Origin: Eukaryota sp. TZLM1-RC
Lineage: Eukaryota; Protista; Metamonada: BaSk clade
Reading direction: 5' to 3'
NCBI GenBank assembly: GCA_040285825.1
Contig: JAUPSS010000010.1
Span: 1,176,881-1,240,880, forward strand
Length of the DNA: 64,000 nucleotides
Part shown: positions 11,701 to 25,483 of the stretch, piece by piece
Position numbering within the stretch: position 1 is the stretch's first letter
Layout: each line of letters starts with the position of its first letter
Notes under the pieces: model-generated
The model's input: the letters and a program-made list of their open reading frames with translations, nothing else
Databases searched by the model: none
What the model was told of the DNA's origin: nothing
Position numbers and translations under genes: made by a program

Positions 11701-14060
11701 TGGGTAATTCCCTTAAGTACACAATCAATTTTGGTGTGGAATAATGGCAAAAACTAGCCTTTCATTACCACGCATTCTGGCTTCTGCAATTGCAAACATA
11801 TTGAGGCAAGCCAGCTTATATCTATTGAAAAACTTTGTTGAGCCTTTGTTACTGGTTTTGCAACTCTCACTGTTACAAGCTAATAAACCATGACATGCAG
11901 TAACTGGAGTCTTTTCTCATCTATAGCATCTGGGATTTGTTACTCTTCAAAACGTTGCAACCTTTTCAAAACAAACAGGACATTTTGCTGAAGTGAAAGC
12001 TTCATTAATCATTAATATTTCAACTCCATTTCTTTTCAGAAATTGAATCCATCCAATACCTCGAGTGGGTCTCTGATGTTTCAAATTCTTGGAACCTTCT
12101 TTACCGTAATCACTCCTTAGAATTAAAGTGTCTTTTGGGTTGCCAAACTCCTGAACAACGTGTTTTAACAACCAACTGTCAGATTTTTGCTTGTGAATAA
12201 AAACTTGCATTTAATGAATGCTCTACAAGTCAGAACTGTAAAAGTCAATTGTCAAAAAAAATTGCCGAAGTTTGGCAACCACAAAGTTTGTTTTTTCTTC
12301 CTCTTTGCATCAAAGTGCCTTTCTCTCCATCATGATTGTTGAAAACCTCCCTTTTCACGGTCCAGGCCCTCATATTGCTTTCTTACCCATTATATCATAC
12401 TGCTCTACGTTGTTTCCCTCTTCTTTGTTGACTCTATTGAATATCTTTCCACTGATAACATCATCCTTTGAAACACCCATTTGGAGAAAAATTAGTTCAC
12501 TTCTCACAAGCATTTTGTTTCTTGTTCAATATTGACCAGACTATCAGCAGATGTTCACTTTTCTCTTCTCATGAAAAGTTTGCTGTCGCCTTTAAAACGC
12601 TCTTGGAGCCTCTCAGACGGCCGCTTAGTAATGAATGTAGAAAGTTTGTGATCTCTTTTCTGAAGGTTTCATCAGTTGTTCTTGACATATAATCTTTACT
12701 CTTCTTATTGGATGTTGTTGCTGGGTCAAACAATCGTATCGTTGGAGAAAAGCTTGCTGTCGAATTTTAAACGCTCTTGGAGCATCTCAGACGGCCGCTT
12801 AGTAATGTCAATCATGTACTTGTTTGCTTTGTGCTGATTGTTCAGTGTCTTTTTCAAGTATTGACTACTAATGGTGGAGTAGTTGGATAAGGAATTGTTG
12901 AATTGTGGTATTATTTAGCTCATTTAATAATAAAACAGTTTTTCTACAAACTTGGAATAATCTATAGAAGTTGCTGAATTGGCAGCAAATGCGGATAGTT
13001 CCGTGTTTGCACCTTCGATAATCATTTTGTTAGACTCCATCATTTGTTTCTTGTCGTAATCTACCTCAGTTTACTTTGTCGCCCATCGTTTTTGTTTTTC
13101 ATTTATCCTACTTTTCAAAGAATAAGACATCTGAGTCATGCTCAACCTTTTGATTTTCTTGTCCTGATTCATCATCCGACTATTTCTTTGCTGTTCGGTT
13201 TCATGTTCAGGCACCATGGCTAATTTTTGACCCGTCTTTTTTACAGCCATTATACAATAAATCACGTTTTCCAAGATCACAAACAACATTTCGTTTGTGT
13301 TGAAAAGTGTCAACATCAACATCATCAATTAATAAATCACAAATACTAGCCTTGTTCTCTGGCTTACAGTTCTGACCTTGTCAATTTCGACGAACCAATT
13401 CTGATGCAATATTTAATTCATTTGTGTGGATAATGTTGATGAATTTATAAATCTTTTGTTTGAACATTAATTGGTTTAAATCGATAATAGTCCAAAAGTC
13501 AAATTGCTCAGGTAATTTAAATCTATGGACTTGATCCTGTTTATGACCATTTTTAACATTTGTAAGAGTGGGAACATTTTGATTTGTAATAATTCATTTG
13601 AATTGAATCAAAGAATCAGGCTTGAAGCCATCAAGACTTGGCTCATTTTCTTGACCATACTCGGTTTCGATGGTTTCTGTGTCAAAATCTTCCTGTTTTC
13701 GATATTTGTATTTTCAATATACATTTCTCGGTTCAGTAATTTTTTTGTTATTTTCGCTGGCGCTTCGGTGTTTGTTAATCAAAAATCGCTTTTCTAATTG
13801 TTTTTGATGAAAGATTTAATTAACAATTTGATCTTCTCTTTTTTGGACCAGGATTTGCTTCAACATTTCCATCCATTGTTAAATCAACAGAAAATGATTT
13901 TGTTGATAGGAGATGTTGAAAGCTACTGGATTGAAAACATAACTTATAAACATAATTATCAAACCTAACATTATCAAAATAACAATTTGATATTCAGGTT
14001 GAAGGAGGAGGTGAGAAGTGAGCCGGTTATGTCGTTATCCTTTTCATCGTTTTGCTGCAT
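11701..14060 (-). mobile_element. Fanzor1 element, family A, copy 1 (pseudogenised)
   Basis: Colinear with 54179-57270: VVCDLGKRDLL, INEAFTSAKCPVC, HGLLAC, FNRYKLACLNM. Contains stops, frameshifts, a ~650-bp insertion and internal deletions; 2A-like motif at 13844-13885. Confidence 0.9.
12291..12945. mobile_element. Unclassified insertion inside Fanzor copy 1
   Basis: Absent from copy 2; flanked by ACAAAGTT/ACAAACTT (possible TSD); contains 61-bp direct repeats at 12573-12633 and 12747-12807. Confidence 0.6.
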
Positions 14061-15614
14061 GATGTTAGAAGAATGGGAAGAGTCAAGATAATCTCGCTGG
14101 CTGGCACGATGTCTGACATGATGATTGCTAATTTCCAAAATAGTAGCAAATGCCTATCCAATGTATTTCTATTACTAGTTTTCAGCATCAGCTCGACTCA
14201 TCCTCTTCTGATGTATAGCAATGTGTTACTCCTATTGAGTCCTCTCGGCTTTTCTGTCGTACTTCCTGCCAGTGAGAACCAAGTACGTCGTGCTTTTTTG
14301 CTTTCAAACAACAACAACAGCGATAATTGATGTTTTCAAGGATGGAAGACATGTTTAATCCAAAAAGAAATTTAAGATTTCATAGTGGGTCAACAATTCG
14401 TTTGATCGAGATGCATGTGTTCAGATGTGGTAGTTTCTGAACTTAACACAGGCCTGCTTCGACCTTGTTCTAAGAGTCTTTTACTTATCATTGTTGTTAT
14501 TGTTGATAGTTCGCATTATCAAAATCAATGAACCACATTGAGGCTTTTGTGGAACCACTTGTAAGTATGTTGTGACCTGAAAATGAAGATGATAATAGTT
14601 TTGGGAAATGTTGTATTGAGCAGCTGATCGCTTTTGCAGTTTTTCTTCTTAAATACCAAAACACGGTAATATCTTGTACAAAATTTTCTCAATGATTTCC
14701 GACGTTTAATAAAAGAAAGAGCAAGAAAAGAATTGAGCTTTTTTTCTGGCACAGCAGAATTGGTTTTTGTATTTTCAAAACCATTCCGGAAATGATGACC
14801 AAAGCACTGCTACATTTGGGAATGAGCATGAAAATCACTCAAATAAATCGACGTTGTTCATGCATGTATTGAGGATATTGAGTTAACACTTTTAGGTTAG
14901 TTGTTTTGTTTGATTATCAAAAATCAACGATGTGTACGAAAACTTTCTGTAGTTTCTTCGTATTGAAAAACTTTCCAAATTCCGTCCTACACATGATGAT
15001 GTGATTGTGAAAATCTGAAATGACATAGACAATTTTAGGATTGACAAGCAGTACATGGCTTTCGAATCATGTAGATGTCGGTCATAAGTGGAAATTCAGG
15101 AGGTTTACCTATAGGGCGAATTTGTAACAATATTTTTTGCTTATCTCAAAGGACCAAAGAAAATGGGGACAATAGCAACCCAGGGTGTGAAGTGAAAATT
15201 TGCAAAATAAGTGTACAAGCAATGTTCTCATTAAAACTTATTATTATTTATTAATTATTGAATGTGAAAGCTAGCAGTTGGAAACTTTGCAAATAAAAAT
15301 CTACACCACCTGGACAATTGTTGACAACTCTAGCAACCCCTGTTGGCGATAATGCTTGAAGCTGAAATTGGTGACGATAATAATAGCTGGAACCACGGTT
15401 ATCTCTCTTGCAAATGAAGAAAATCTAAAATCAAAGTAAACATGCCTTCACATATTTTATTTAGTTTTATTAAAAAAAACAATAGCCAGCAAAAAAGTAT
15501 AGTTAATGATAAATAGTTAATGTACAGAGGGAAAAGTAAAAACCCAACAGAAAAAGAAAATGTCAAAAGAAGAAAAACATTGGCAAAGAGAGAAATTACA
15601 AAACTCAGACCCAA

Positions 15615-16304
15615 TCACTCCCCAATCATGCCCTTTAACACGTCATCAGTAACACCCAATTTAGAAATTATTTGAAGAGAAGGATGCTCATAATGTCGTT
15701 CCAGTGGACTAGATTCTAAAAATGAATTTAAATTGTTAATCATATGTTGAGCATCATTGAGTAATGAATTATCTTCCAAATCAACTAATTGAGAATCCTC
15801 CACTTCAGGAACTTTTACATTGAGTGACTCAGGTAGCTGCAAAGCTCCGACAGATCGGGAAATCTGTTCCTGTAGTAAGTTACGACGCTCCTCTATCAAG
15901 GAAGCAATGCAGGAGAGTTCATGTGCAATCTCTTGGTCAACTTCGGCGCATTTAGAAGAGACTAATGAGGAAGTAGTCGGCGATGCTGTGCACATGGACT
16001 TGATAAAGAGAATTTCTGCCTTGTCCAGGGCATTGAGAAGATGATCTTCCATTAAATGCCACAGACTATCGAAAAAGGACTTAAAAAGAGATGAATTGTG
16101 CCCACAAGACTCCAAATGCTGGTTGATACTGCTTTCGGCATCTTTGAAAAGGTGTGCAAATTTAGCACATGCAAAGTCATAAATGTCAGAGGAAACTGCA
16201 AGTACATCATTGGTAAAGTCGTTGGCAGGGAGATCATCTAGAGTATTGGATAGTTCTGTAGAAGAGCGAAACTGAGAGTCTACTCGTTCAGGAGATAGGG
16301 CCAT
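15615..16304 (-). CDS. Mis12-like kinetochore protein (putative)
   Basis: P..F.NDVL....DIYD...and LMEDHL.NALDKAE.....M follow the Mis12 pattern, then a coiled coil. ATG at 16304. Confidence 0.5.
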   Translation of the reverse strand: MALSPERVDSQFRSSTELSNTLDDLPANDFTNDVLAVSSDIYDFACAKFAHLFKDAESSINQHLESCGHNSSLFKSFFDSLWHLMEDHLLNALDKAEILFIKSMCTASPTTSSLVSSKCAEVDQEIAHELSCIASLIEERRNLLQEQISRSVGALQLPESLNVKVPEVEDSQLVDLEDNSLLNDAQHMINNLNSFLESSPLERHYEHPSLQIISKLGVTDDVLKGMIGE

Positions 16305-16624
16305 TCGAAAGAAATAGATTGATGGATAGAGGGGTGATTTTTTCGATATATAATAAATCATGTGATGACCTAAATAAGCAACTAGATATGCAATACTCTC
16401 TAGTTGTATATTTTAAGTCATCTCTAAATCATTTACATCATTTATTTAGTCTTTCATATTCCTCTTATATTCTTTCTTTGTTGAACCTTCATCTACCTAA
16501 AGAACTTTGTTTGGAATAATTGATATTTTTGACTGAAATAACAATCTATCAACTCTATTCACATGAGCATCCATCACTTTCTCTACATACAAAATAGCAT
16601 ATCGTTTTCAAAGTTTCTGAGTCA

Positions 16625-16790
16625 CTCTGAATATTTATTGAATTTGCACACTTAATTAAATTAACTCATAACTAATGGGACGAATATCATTGAGCCAAGA
16701 TTTCCTCTACAAAATTTTGATCTGCCTGCTGTCTAGCTAAAGCTTCTCTGATTCGATTGAAAAACCGAGGTAATCTATTAATAATGGCTC
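16625..16790 (-). mobile_element. Short 3' end of RLE retrotransposon, family B
   Basis: Reverse complement matches the 3' end of 40964-41268. Confidence 0.8.
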
Positions 16791-17739
16791 ACTCACAAAT
16801 CACCACTGTCGTTAATCATTAATTAAATTCTTCAGCAAACGCAGTTCCTTAATAGACCACAGGTCTTGACAAACCGTTTTTTTGACCCATGTTATTAAAA
16901 ATTTAGATCCATGCTTTATTTCTGTGCTTCAGATAATTAATAGTTGAATGAATAAATCGGCACGTCCCTAGACTTACTTTTTGTGTCAACAGTTTTCACT
17001 GAATACTCTTCCAACCCTATGTAAAAGAATTTTATTTTTTCAAATAATATATTGATGAGTGTTACAGTATGAATTTATTATTCTCTTTTGAATTGTTTAA
17101 ATAACAAAAACAATATATAAATCATCAAAATGGGTCCATTGAAAATAACTTTAAAATTGAATATTAATGCGTCATCCCTGTTTCACTCATCTGATCACAT
17201 ATATTGTCAATAACTTTAACCTTTCCTTATGACCGTCATGAGGTTTATTTACATGAATTCATCATTGTTACATTATTTTTTGTCACATTATAAGTAGCAC
17301 ATCCTCACTCAAAGAAATAGTGGCAAATACGACATGCCAGACAAGTATTTTATGACATGGCTTCCTCATGTGGGGTAAATACATTATTAAAACAACAGTT
17401 GGTGTAGAGAATAGTAAAAGTTCTATCCGTTTTGTTATTGTTGAACATGTGTTGTTTCAAATTCGTTATGGAATCAGTAGGCTGTTCATGATTTATTTAA
17501 CTGTTCTTATTACTTCAACCTTGGAGGTCCTAAACTATTTCCATTTACAGATCAGGAAATAAACAAATATTCATAACTTCGATTTTCTCAAACTCTGACC
17601 AGGAATACTGGTTATTAACTCTCTACTGACAATTTGCAGAGATGCTTGAATAATTTCATTCTGAGTTCAGAGTGTTGCTTCAAGAAGAGATAAGGAATAT
17701 CCCAAAAATTCGACTTATTTATCTACAGTTCTAATAAGG

Positions 17740-18330
17740 AATAAGACATCATGAAATACACCTCTAGAGCTTCAAATCCTCAAAACCCGCTTTTTATACA
17801 TCGGAACAATTAATTACTAAAGATTCAGAAAATTTCTCAACTGAAGAAAATGAATCTAAAAAAATTTCACCATTCCGTAATAGATGAAAATTAAAATCCT
17901 GTTTTGCCAGTAAAAACGTTTGAAAATTCTTCCAGTTCTTTCTTTTGCAACTACGTCAAAATCCTCAAGGAAAGCCATAACAGCCTTACCCAACGATCCA
18001 AGCAAGGAAAAACAAAGATACATAAATTATACTGGGCATCAGAATTCTTCTTGCAGAGGAAATGAATTTCGCGTATTCATCAATTTTGCATTTTTCGCCA
18101 ACAAGAAGAGGATTATTTACATCTGAGTTAATGAAATGCTCGTTTGAAGAATTATAAGGGTCTATGGACATGGCGTCTAAAATAGTAAAACTACTATTTA
18201 AGCCAGGAACAACCAATTCACCTCTTGTCAGACCCATAGAAGCTCTGTTTGAAGAAGAGATGAGGAATAACTTACCTATAATAAAGATCGTATTATATGC
18301 TGTCCTTTTCATAACACATCGAATCTTCAT
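17740..18330 (-). mobile_element. 3' fragment of RLE retrotransposon, family A
   Basis: RGELVVPGLNSSFTILDAMSIDP; homologous to 7660-8160. Confidence 0.75.
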
Positions 18331-18729
18331 AATTACTCTCCTTCATGATCACTATTTACTAAACAGGCCATGTAAATGGTTGCCCTCAGCATTTTTGGCA
18401 GGATCTCGAAGAGTAGTTAAAAAATCATCCACAGAAACAGTGTTAGTGGACATGATGTTTCAGAAACGGAAAAGTTTTCCCTTAAACTAGTTTCGCAGAT
18501 AATTGTTCATTAAACATAAGGTTAAAAATATGCCATGCTCATCAAGGTCAGAGTGCGTGACAGAGTGTGGGTGCGCTGCACTGAGTGCATGCACTCTGGG
18601 GTGCACTTTAAAATCTCATGCACGGCCGAACACTGTTATTTAGAAATTTGAGGGACACATGATGTCATTCATCAGAAAAGATTATTATCGATAATTCCGA
18701 CCCCCTCAATCTCGATCGTTCAACAAACC

Positions 18730-19459
18730 ATGGCTGAGAACTATCTACCCTTGTCTAACCCCACGGACCTTCCTCACTATCCAAAGTTTGTCTCTCATAA
18801 TTGCTCATCGTAGGAAAAAAAATTGGGTGCTTGTCGCAGCTGCTGGGGCCAGTGTTATCGTTGTTGCCCTCATCGTCGTTTTATCCTTCGTTCTTAGAGG
18901 TGGGCTCTATCCGCAGTTTGTAGTCGATGACTTCAATAAGAATGATGAAGACATTGGTTATGCTGCCTTTGATACCAAAGACGTGAAAATGTATATTGAA
19001 GAAACCTCTGCAGAAGGAATTATTAAACGTTCCTGGGTGATAGGAGGCGTGCTTTATGAACATGACGATAATATGGGAACCGAATGTCTCCGTAATCAAG
19101 ACGACTTATTACTTGCCATTCTCCAATTCTTCGTCCAAATTGTGCTCCCTCCCGAAGATGCTGAAAAAGGTGGAACCATGAAAGTAGGCGATGTTGAATG
19201 TACAATTTATCATGGCAAGAAAATTGCTGTTGTTGAAGGTCACCAAATGTATGCTGAAGCCAAATGGTGCGTTAAGGACAAGTTTGTTCATGCAATCACA
19301 GAACTTGATGGCGTTGATGACATATTCTTTAAAAACCATAAGAAGGTGTCCCATAAATACAAGAAGTTCTATCCCAACACAGTCTGTAAGACATATAAGG
19401 ATGATGAAACTCTTCTTGAAAGATCTCCTTTTGGTATGAAGCTAGCTGGTTTAATGTAA
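18730..19459 (+). CDS. Type II single-pass membrane protein, unknown function
   Basis: ATG 18730 plus a 28-nt intron (18786-18813) gives MAENYLPL...PKKKNW, then a TM helix and a Cys-containing luminal domain. Confidence 0.75.
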
Positions 19460-20224
19460 TGCTTCCTATTGTTTATATTTTTTGTTTGTAAACAGTTCAT
19501 ATTAATTGATAGTTTTTGTTTTTAGTATTTCAGCACAATCAGAATCATTGAACATAAGACATAAAACACGATATTGTTAACTTTTTTCGGGCAATGAAAA
19601 GACTGTAAAGTTTGAACCTTTTGATAAACTTTTTGAAACCATTTCATTGTTTCATTTACAATAAGTAAAACAGGGCAGTGCAATTGACTGTAGTTGCATA
19701 AAAGTTGTTCGTCTCAGTTTTGGTTCATCTCGCAGCATAGCCATCTAGACATTTGTAGCTTGTATAGGATCGGTTAAATGCTCTTTGATTCCATTATTTC
19801 ATTCTTTGTTATTTGTTTTGTTGTCAGGTTCATTAAATTTTCAGTCGAAATCATTGAATTAATCAACTCCTTGGAGAAAAAAACTACATTTTTCTTGCAA
19901 ATTTTATATTTGCCCTCAAATGAACTAATTATTCAGTTCCAGTTTCTAGATTTGATGGGTACTCTGTGTTTTCAAAAATTGATTATTACTATTGTGTTCC
20001 TATTTGATGATTTTGACATACCCTCACCATTTATCAAAGTAAATAAATGCTGTAGATTTTTGACAATATTGGCTTGAAACTCCTTTTCACGCTCAAGAAG
20101 CTTTAAATGATATTGCTAAATCCCTGAAAGGAAAAGCTGCGGGTCTTTCATGAACTTCTTTTAATTTGTTAAAAACTGCTTGTAACAATGCTCCTGAAGT
20201 TTCTGAGGATCTTGCTGAGGATTT

Positions 20225-20560
20225 TGAAAATTCTCATGCCTATGATAAACTATGTCCCTTTGTTTTGTCTTTGCTTGGATCTCTAGGTAAGGCTGCTATG
20301 GCTTACCTTCAGCATTTTGTTTTAGTTGTAAAGGAAAGAACTGGAAGAATTTTCAATCGTGTTTACGGGCAAAACAGGATTGTATTTTTTATTTTTAAGG
20401 GAATGGTGGAGTTAATTTCTGATTCACTCTCTTCCTTTGGGAAAATTTCTAAATCTTTAGTAATTAATTGTTTTGATGTAGGAGAGGCAGATTTTGAGGA
20501 TTTGGAGTTTTAGATGTGTATTTCATGATTTCATGTTTTTTTATCAAATGAATAAACCAA
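20225..20560 (+). mobile_element. 3' fragment of RLE retrotransposon, family A
   Basis: ENSHA..KLCPFV.SLLGSLGKA...GEADFEDLEF; close to 7825-8112. Confidence 0.8.
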
Positions 20561-21719
20561 AAATAAATAATCAAAGAAAATGGTTTCACAACCAATATCC
20601 AACAGTTGCTTGTAATGTCTTCCAATTATGTTATGAAAAAGTTTGAAGATATGATAACACACCTTCAGAATCAATCAATACCAATTGATATAAAGACCAC
20701 AATAATGGATAGTGCTTTCCAGTATTTTTACGTTGGTATTTACAAATTCATAAATTAGTAATTTCTTCTATTGAAATCATAGCTTTAGATTAGTAATAGC
20801 TTTAGTAATTACTAAAATCACGATTACCATCAGTAATTACTGATTTTCAACAATTGCTGTTATTTCAGTGTTTACACAAATTACAAAAGTCAGAATTACT
20901 ACTGTTTAATAAGCAAGTAATGAACACAAGAAACGATGCACACAATTGCTGATGAAGTCGCATTGATGAAACATCAGAAAGATTCTTTATTGGTGCTTGA
21001 CACCATACATGCAATTTGGTAATTTCATTGTCACCGGAGGTGGTCTCAGTAATAACTGGATTTTTAATATTACGTAATCTAAATCTATAATTAAAACTAC
21101 CAACAATCTCTATTGAGTAGAACGTTGATATCATGACTAGTCACTAGACCTCCTTCGAAATTCTTTTTTGACTTGGATTATCTGTAATTACCCAAATGGT
21201 AAGGTGGTCTTGGTTTGTCGGTCTTACCTCATTGTAAAAAGAATGCGCAATTAAGAAATAGTACATTTGGCAAAATTCTTTTGATCCTGATTTCAAAAAT
21301 TTTTTAAAATAATAAAAATTGCAAATCAAATATAATCCAATCAAAAAGTTTGAAGAAGTACATACATTGTTCAGAGATCATCAGTCCAACTCACTGTATG
21401 TTAGAAGATTAATTCACGGTGTAGAAGAATGTCTCGAACAACCTGTTATTGTGAAAAGACCATATATGTCCCTGACAATACAACTGCATTCAATTACATA
21501 TTTCAATAGTTGTGTTTTCTTAAGCTAAATAGAATTATGCTTGGCATTTTCGGTGATGCTATGGATCCATATTAATCACTGACTTATCTCCATGTGCAAA
21601 AAAATATTACCTTGGCGTAATCAAAAGTAGCTATTTTTGAGCTATATTCTAGACAAACATTTTACAAAAGTCAATTTATTAAACAAACATCAAATACAAA
21701 GATATACTAATTTAATAAG

Positions 21720-23741
21720 TCAAAAAGCTTTCAATTCATTAGGATTCAAATTCTTGGCCAACCCTGCGAAGACATTATGCACCAAACAAGTAATACAAGA
21801 TTCATAAATGTCAGGTGCCCCAGACCAAATAAACTCTTTTTCGTGGTCTGCAGCCTCTCCTATAGGCATATTGAACCTAGCTGACCTCAACACCATCCAA
21901 TCTAGTCGTTTTTTCACCATGGCATCAGAGGGATTCAAAGTGAGTTCAGCGAGGGCAGTGAACATGGTGGTTACAGTCCATGGAGGCATTTCATTGCTAG
22001 CTTCTTGTCCATTAGGATTGAAAACAGATTTGTAAAAGAAAATATCGCCTTCATACCTACTGATACCTACACCAGACCGAGTCAGACGCCTTTTAACTGC
22101 ATCAAGATGGGACTTGGCCTTTGTACCCTTGACTAACCCAGTGTAAATAAGAGCAGTGGTACTTGAATCAACCCTAGTGTCGAGTTTGGAGTGCTGGGAT
22201 AATGAGCGACCAAAATAATGATCATCGCTTGACCAGAGTTGACTAATGATTGAGTTTTCTAGTTTTTCCGCTGCTTCTAAATACTTTTCAGAACGTTCCT
22301 TCATTCCATCTCTTTCGGCAATCTTGGAAGCAGATACCAACCCTGCATGACCCATCGCTTGGGAAAAGGTGAAATGCTCTGTTGGGAGAGATGAACCATC
22401 ATGAGGAGAACTGGATTCTTCCCAAATTGAGTAATCAGCTTTGCCAAATCCTTGAAGCTTGACATTCTCTACCCATTTATCCATGAGCTCAAAAATTCTC
22501 TTATTGACTTTACCTGACAAATCATTAGTTTTACGATGTTCGAGATAATAAAGCACCGCTAGGGGAAAAGCACCAGCACTATCAACCTGGGGCTCCACAA
22601 ACCAAACAATAGAACCATCAAACAAAGAATAGGTCGTGTGGAAATGCGAATCAGTGAGCTCTACCTCCGCCATGAATTCCAGAAACTTCCTTGCTTCGGT
22701 AAAGTGTCCAGTCGAGGTTAGAATAATAGATGCCATTATAGCGTCTCTTGACCACACCTTCAAGTCATAAGAAGGGTGGAATGAGGCAGTAATTGCTCCT
22801 AATAAGGGGTTTTGACCGTATTTGAATGAATAGAGGCAGTTTCTAAAGAATTGTTGGTGGTTTGGGGGAAGGTCTTTGGGTTTGACTGTTTTTGAGTACC
22901 AATTATTCCAATAAGATTTAGTCAAGTCAAGCCAATTCTGATATGATTTTGATCTTGCCACGTCACTTGCCTTGACCGCTGGAGACCAATCATTTCTGAG
23001 CGCTCTAAAAGAAGTCACAGCACCAGAGCTGGTGACATTATATTGCAGCCCAAGCATTATAGCTTCATCCTCCCACACATCCTCTCCACTCAGTTCTTTC
23101 TTGTTCATGAACCTATTTAAGGGAGAGTTGGGACCTGAGGAAGGACCAAGTTGGTAGGAATGGATGTCTTCATGTGACAAGGTATCAAAAGAGAGGTAAC
23201 CAGCGGAGAGTTTACGTAGATCTACCATGAACTGCCCTCCATGTTGAGTATCACGCCATCCAAAAGCTTTTGATTGGTCATTTGATTGGGTAATGATAAA
23301 CTCTAAAACCAACAGAGAGACAGAGGGTGGAGCATCTAAGGAGAAACGTGAGAGATAGAACGGTTCATTGGGGGGAAAGAAGAGGGTTCTACACAAGGTG
23401 AAGGGAAATGGCTGTGATGTGGTAGAAAGGACACATGTTTGGAGGGATCCATCGGAGAGTTGTTCAACAGAGAGGTCGTAATCAGTGGGGCCAAAAGTGT
23501 GTCCATTGAAATTGAAGGCAAATGAGTCTGCATGAAGGGAATTCTGGTGAAAAGATGGACCAAGTCGGAGAGAGGAAACACCGGCTGGAAAATCAGGTTC
23601 TCTGGTAAACGATAGACGTTTTTGACGCCATGTTAAAATGAGATCATTCTGATTATGAAGGACCCATCCTGGAACAGAACTACGATCATCACAGAAAGAT
23701 AAGCTGCATAGCAAAGCTACCAGCAGAAATAAGACCTTCAT
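21720..23741 (-). CDS. Secreted GH15 glucoamylase-like glycoside hydrolase
   Basis: Signal peptide MKVLFLLVALL (ATG 23741); Y..VWSRDA, PQVDSAG, DYSIWEE, RYEGDIF, PPWTVTT motifs. Confidence 0.85.
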   Translation of the reverse strand: MKVLFLLVALLCSLSFCDDRSSVPGWVLHNQNDLILTWRQKRLSFTREPDFPAGVSSLRLGPSFHQNSLHADSFAFNFNGHTFGPTDYDLSVEQLSDGSLQTCVLSTTSQPFPFTLCRTLFFPPNEPFYLSRFSLDAPPSVSLLVLEFIITQSNDQSKAFGWRDTQHGGQFMVDLRKLSAGYLSFDTLSHEDIHSYQLGPSSGPNSPLNRFMNKKELSGEDVWEDEAIMLGLQYNVTSSGAVTSFRALRNDWSPAVKASDVARSKSYQNWLDLTKSYWNNWYSKTVKPKDLPPNHQQFFRNCLYSFKYGQNPLLGAITASFHPSYDLKVWSRDAIMASIILTSTGHFTEARKFLEFMAEVELTDSHFHTTYSLFDGSIVWFVEPQVDSAGAFPLAVLYYLEHRKTNDLSGKVNKRIFELMDKWVENVKLQGFGKADYSIWEESSSPHDGSSLPTEHFTFSQAMGHAGLVSASKIAERDGMKERSEKYLEAAEKLENSIISQLWSSDDHYFGRSLSQHSKLDTRVDSSTTALIYTGLVKGTKAKSHLDAVKRRLTRSGVGISRYEGDIFFYKSVFNPNGQEASNEMPPWTVTTMFTALAELTLNPSDAMVKKRLDWMVLRSARFNMPIGEAADHEKEFIWSGAPDIYESCITCLVHNVFAGLAKNLNPNELKAF

Positions 23742-23997
23742 TAAATCGTTTGACGTTAACCAAACAATGATTTTCAATGGCAAATCAAAATTTGATTTCA
23801 TTTTGATTTGTGTAGATTCACAAAACGCATCATAGTCCTAATGGAGCCTGTCCTCTGTTGATGTACCGCTAGTGGATTGGTCCAGTAGCACTTCTTTCTT
23901 GACAAAACAAGAAATACGGTTTTCTATCCAGATATCTTCAATGGTTACCCACGACCTTGCTCACTCCACTTCACCATAGTCTTTCTCTTTCCTATAC

Positions 23998-25483
23998 ATG
24001 AAAATTGCATTCTTAGGAGCTGGATATGTAGGTTCTCCTACTGCTGCTGTTATTGCCGACAAGTGTCCTGATGTCACAGTCACTGTTCTCGATGTCAATG
24101 CCTCTAGGATCGCCCAGTGGCAATCTGACGCTTTACCGGTTTATGAACCTGGTTTAGAACCTCTTGTATTTCGCAACATCAACAAATCTTTGTTCTTTTC
24201 CACTGATATTGACAAACATTTATATGAAGCTGATTTGATTTTTATTTGTGTAAATACTCCTACCAAATCAGAAGGTTTTGGGGCGGGCTTTGCATGTGAT
24301 TTAACCTACGTGGAGCTGGCTGCCCGATCGATCGGAAGATCTTGCGCTCATTGCTCACATAAAATCATCATTGAGAAGAGCACAGTCCCAGTGCGCACTA
24401 GTGAAATGATTTCTAGTATTCTACAAAGTCTTTCGCCAAAGTGTAGATTTAGTATACTCTCAAATCCAGAATTTCTAGCTGAAGGAACTGCCATTAATGA
24501 TCTTGTTAACCCAGACAGAGTACTGATAGGAGGATCGGATGTGGACCCAAAGGCAGTGGAGGTGCTGGTTGATGTATATTCTCATTGGGTACCTCAAGAT
24601 AGAATTATTACAATGAAACTGTGGTCGTCAGAGCTTTCAAAGCTGGTTGCCAATGCCTTTCTTGCCCAGAGAGTCTCCTCCATTAATGCTGTTAGTGCCA
24701 TCTGTGAGCTAACAGGAGGGGATGTGGAGGACATCGAGAAAGCGATTGGGACTGACCATAGGATTGGTAGCCATTTTCTACGGAGTGGGATTGGTTTTGG
24801 AGGTAGTTGCTGTATGTTTTAACTTTGTCCTTCTCATTCTAGTTCGTAAGGATGTGCTCAACCTCGTCTACATTGCCAGATCTCTTGGTTTGGATGAGGT
24901 TGCAGAGTACTGGATGCAGGTTATTAGAATGAATGATTCTCAAATGGATCGCTTCAGCAAAACCATTATTGAACACCTTTTCAATACAGTCGTGGGAAAG
25001 AATCTCTGCATTTTAGGGTTTTCCTTTAAGGCTAACACTGGAGATACGCGAGACAGTCCTAGTATCAAGGTATGCAGAAATCTACTAGCCAATGGGGCCA
25101 GTTTGAATATCTACGATCCAAAAGTTCAGAAATCGCAGATTTTGGAAGACCTGACCCCCACAAGTCAAGACAGTTGGAAACTTGATGCCAATGTTTCTGT
25201 TTTTTCCTCAGCACTTTCAGCTGTTCACAATTGTGATGCTCTTGTCGTTTTAACAGCTTGGGGGGAGTTTAGTACAATTGATTGGGTCGCCATTTACCAA
25301 AAGATGAGGAAACCCGCTTTTGTGTTTGATGGACGTTTGTGCCTTGATCATTCCAAGCTAAGTGCAATCGGATATACCGTCTTTGCACTGGGTAAGGGAA
25401 GGTTTGTGCGTAGGTCGTTGACTGTTTCCGAAAGTTTAGTGCCAAGAAGTGATGTAAATATTGAATTGAAGAATTATTCTTAA
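23998..25483 (+). CDS. UGDH: UDP-glucose 6-dehydrogenase
   Basis: GAGYVG, IEKSTVP, SNPEFLAEG, SELSKLVANAFLAQR. Removing the 31-nt intron 24812-24842 gives GFGGSCFRKD. Confidence 0.95.

Noticed and set aside
14061-14900. Possible transposase upstream of Fanzor copy 1
   Set aside because: No recognisable motifs in the translations I checked, and not shared with copy 2.
18438-18635. Possible hAT-like MITE (CAGTGTT...AACACTG with GTGCA repeats)
   Set aside because: Inverted match is short and there is no 8-bp TSD.
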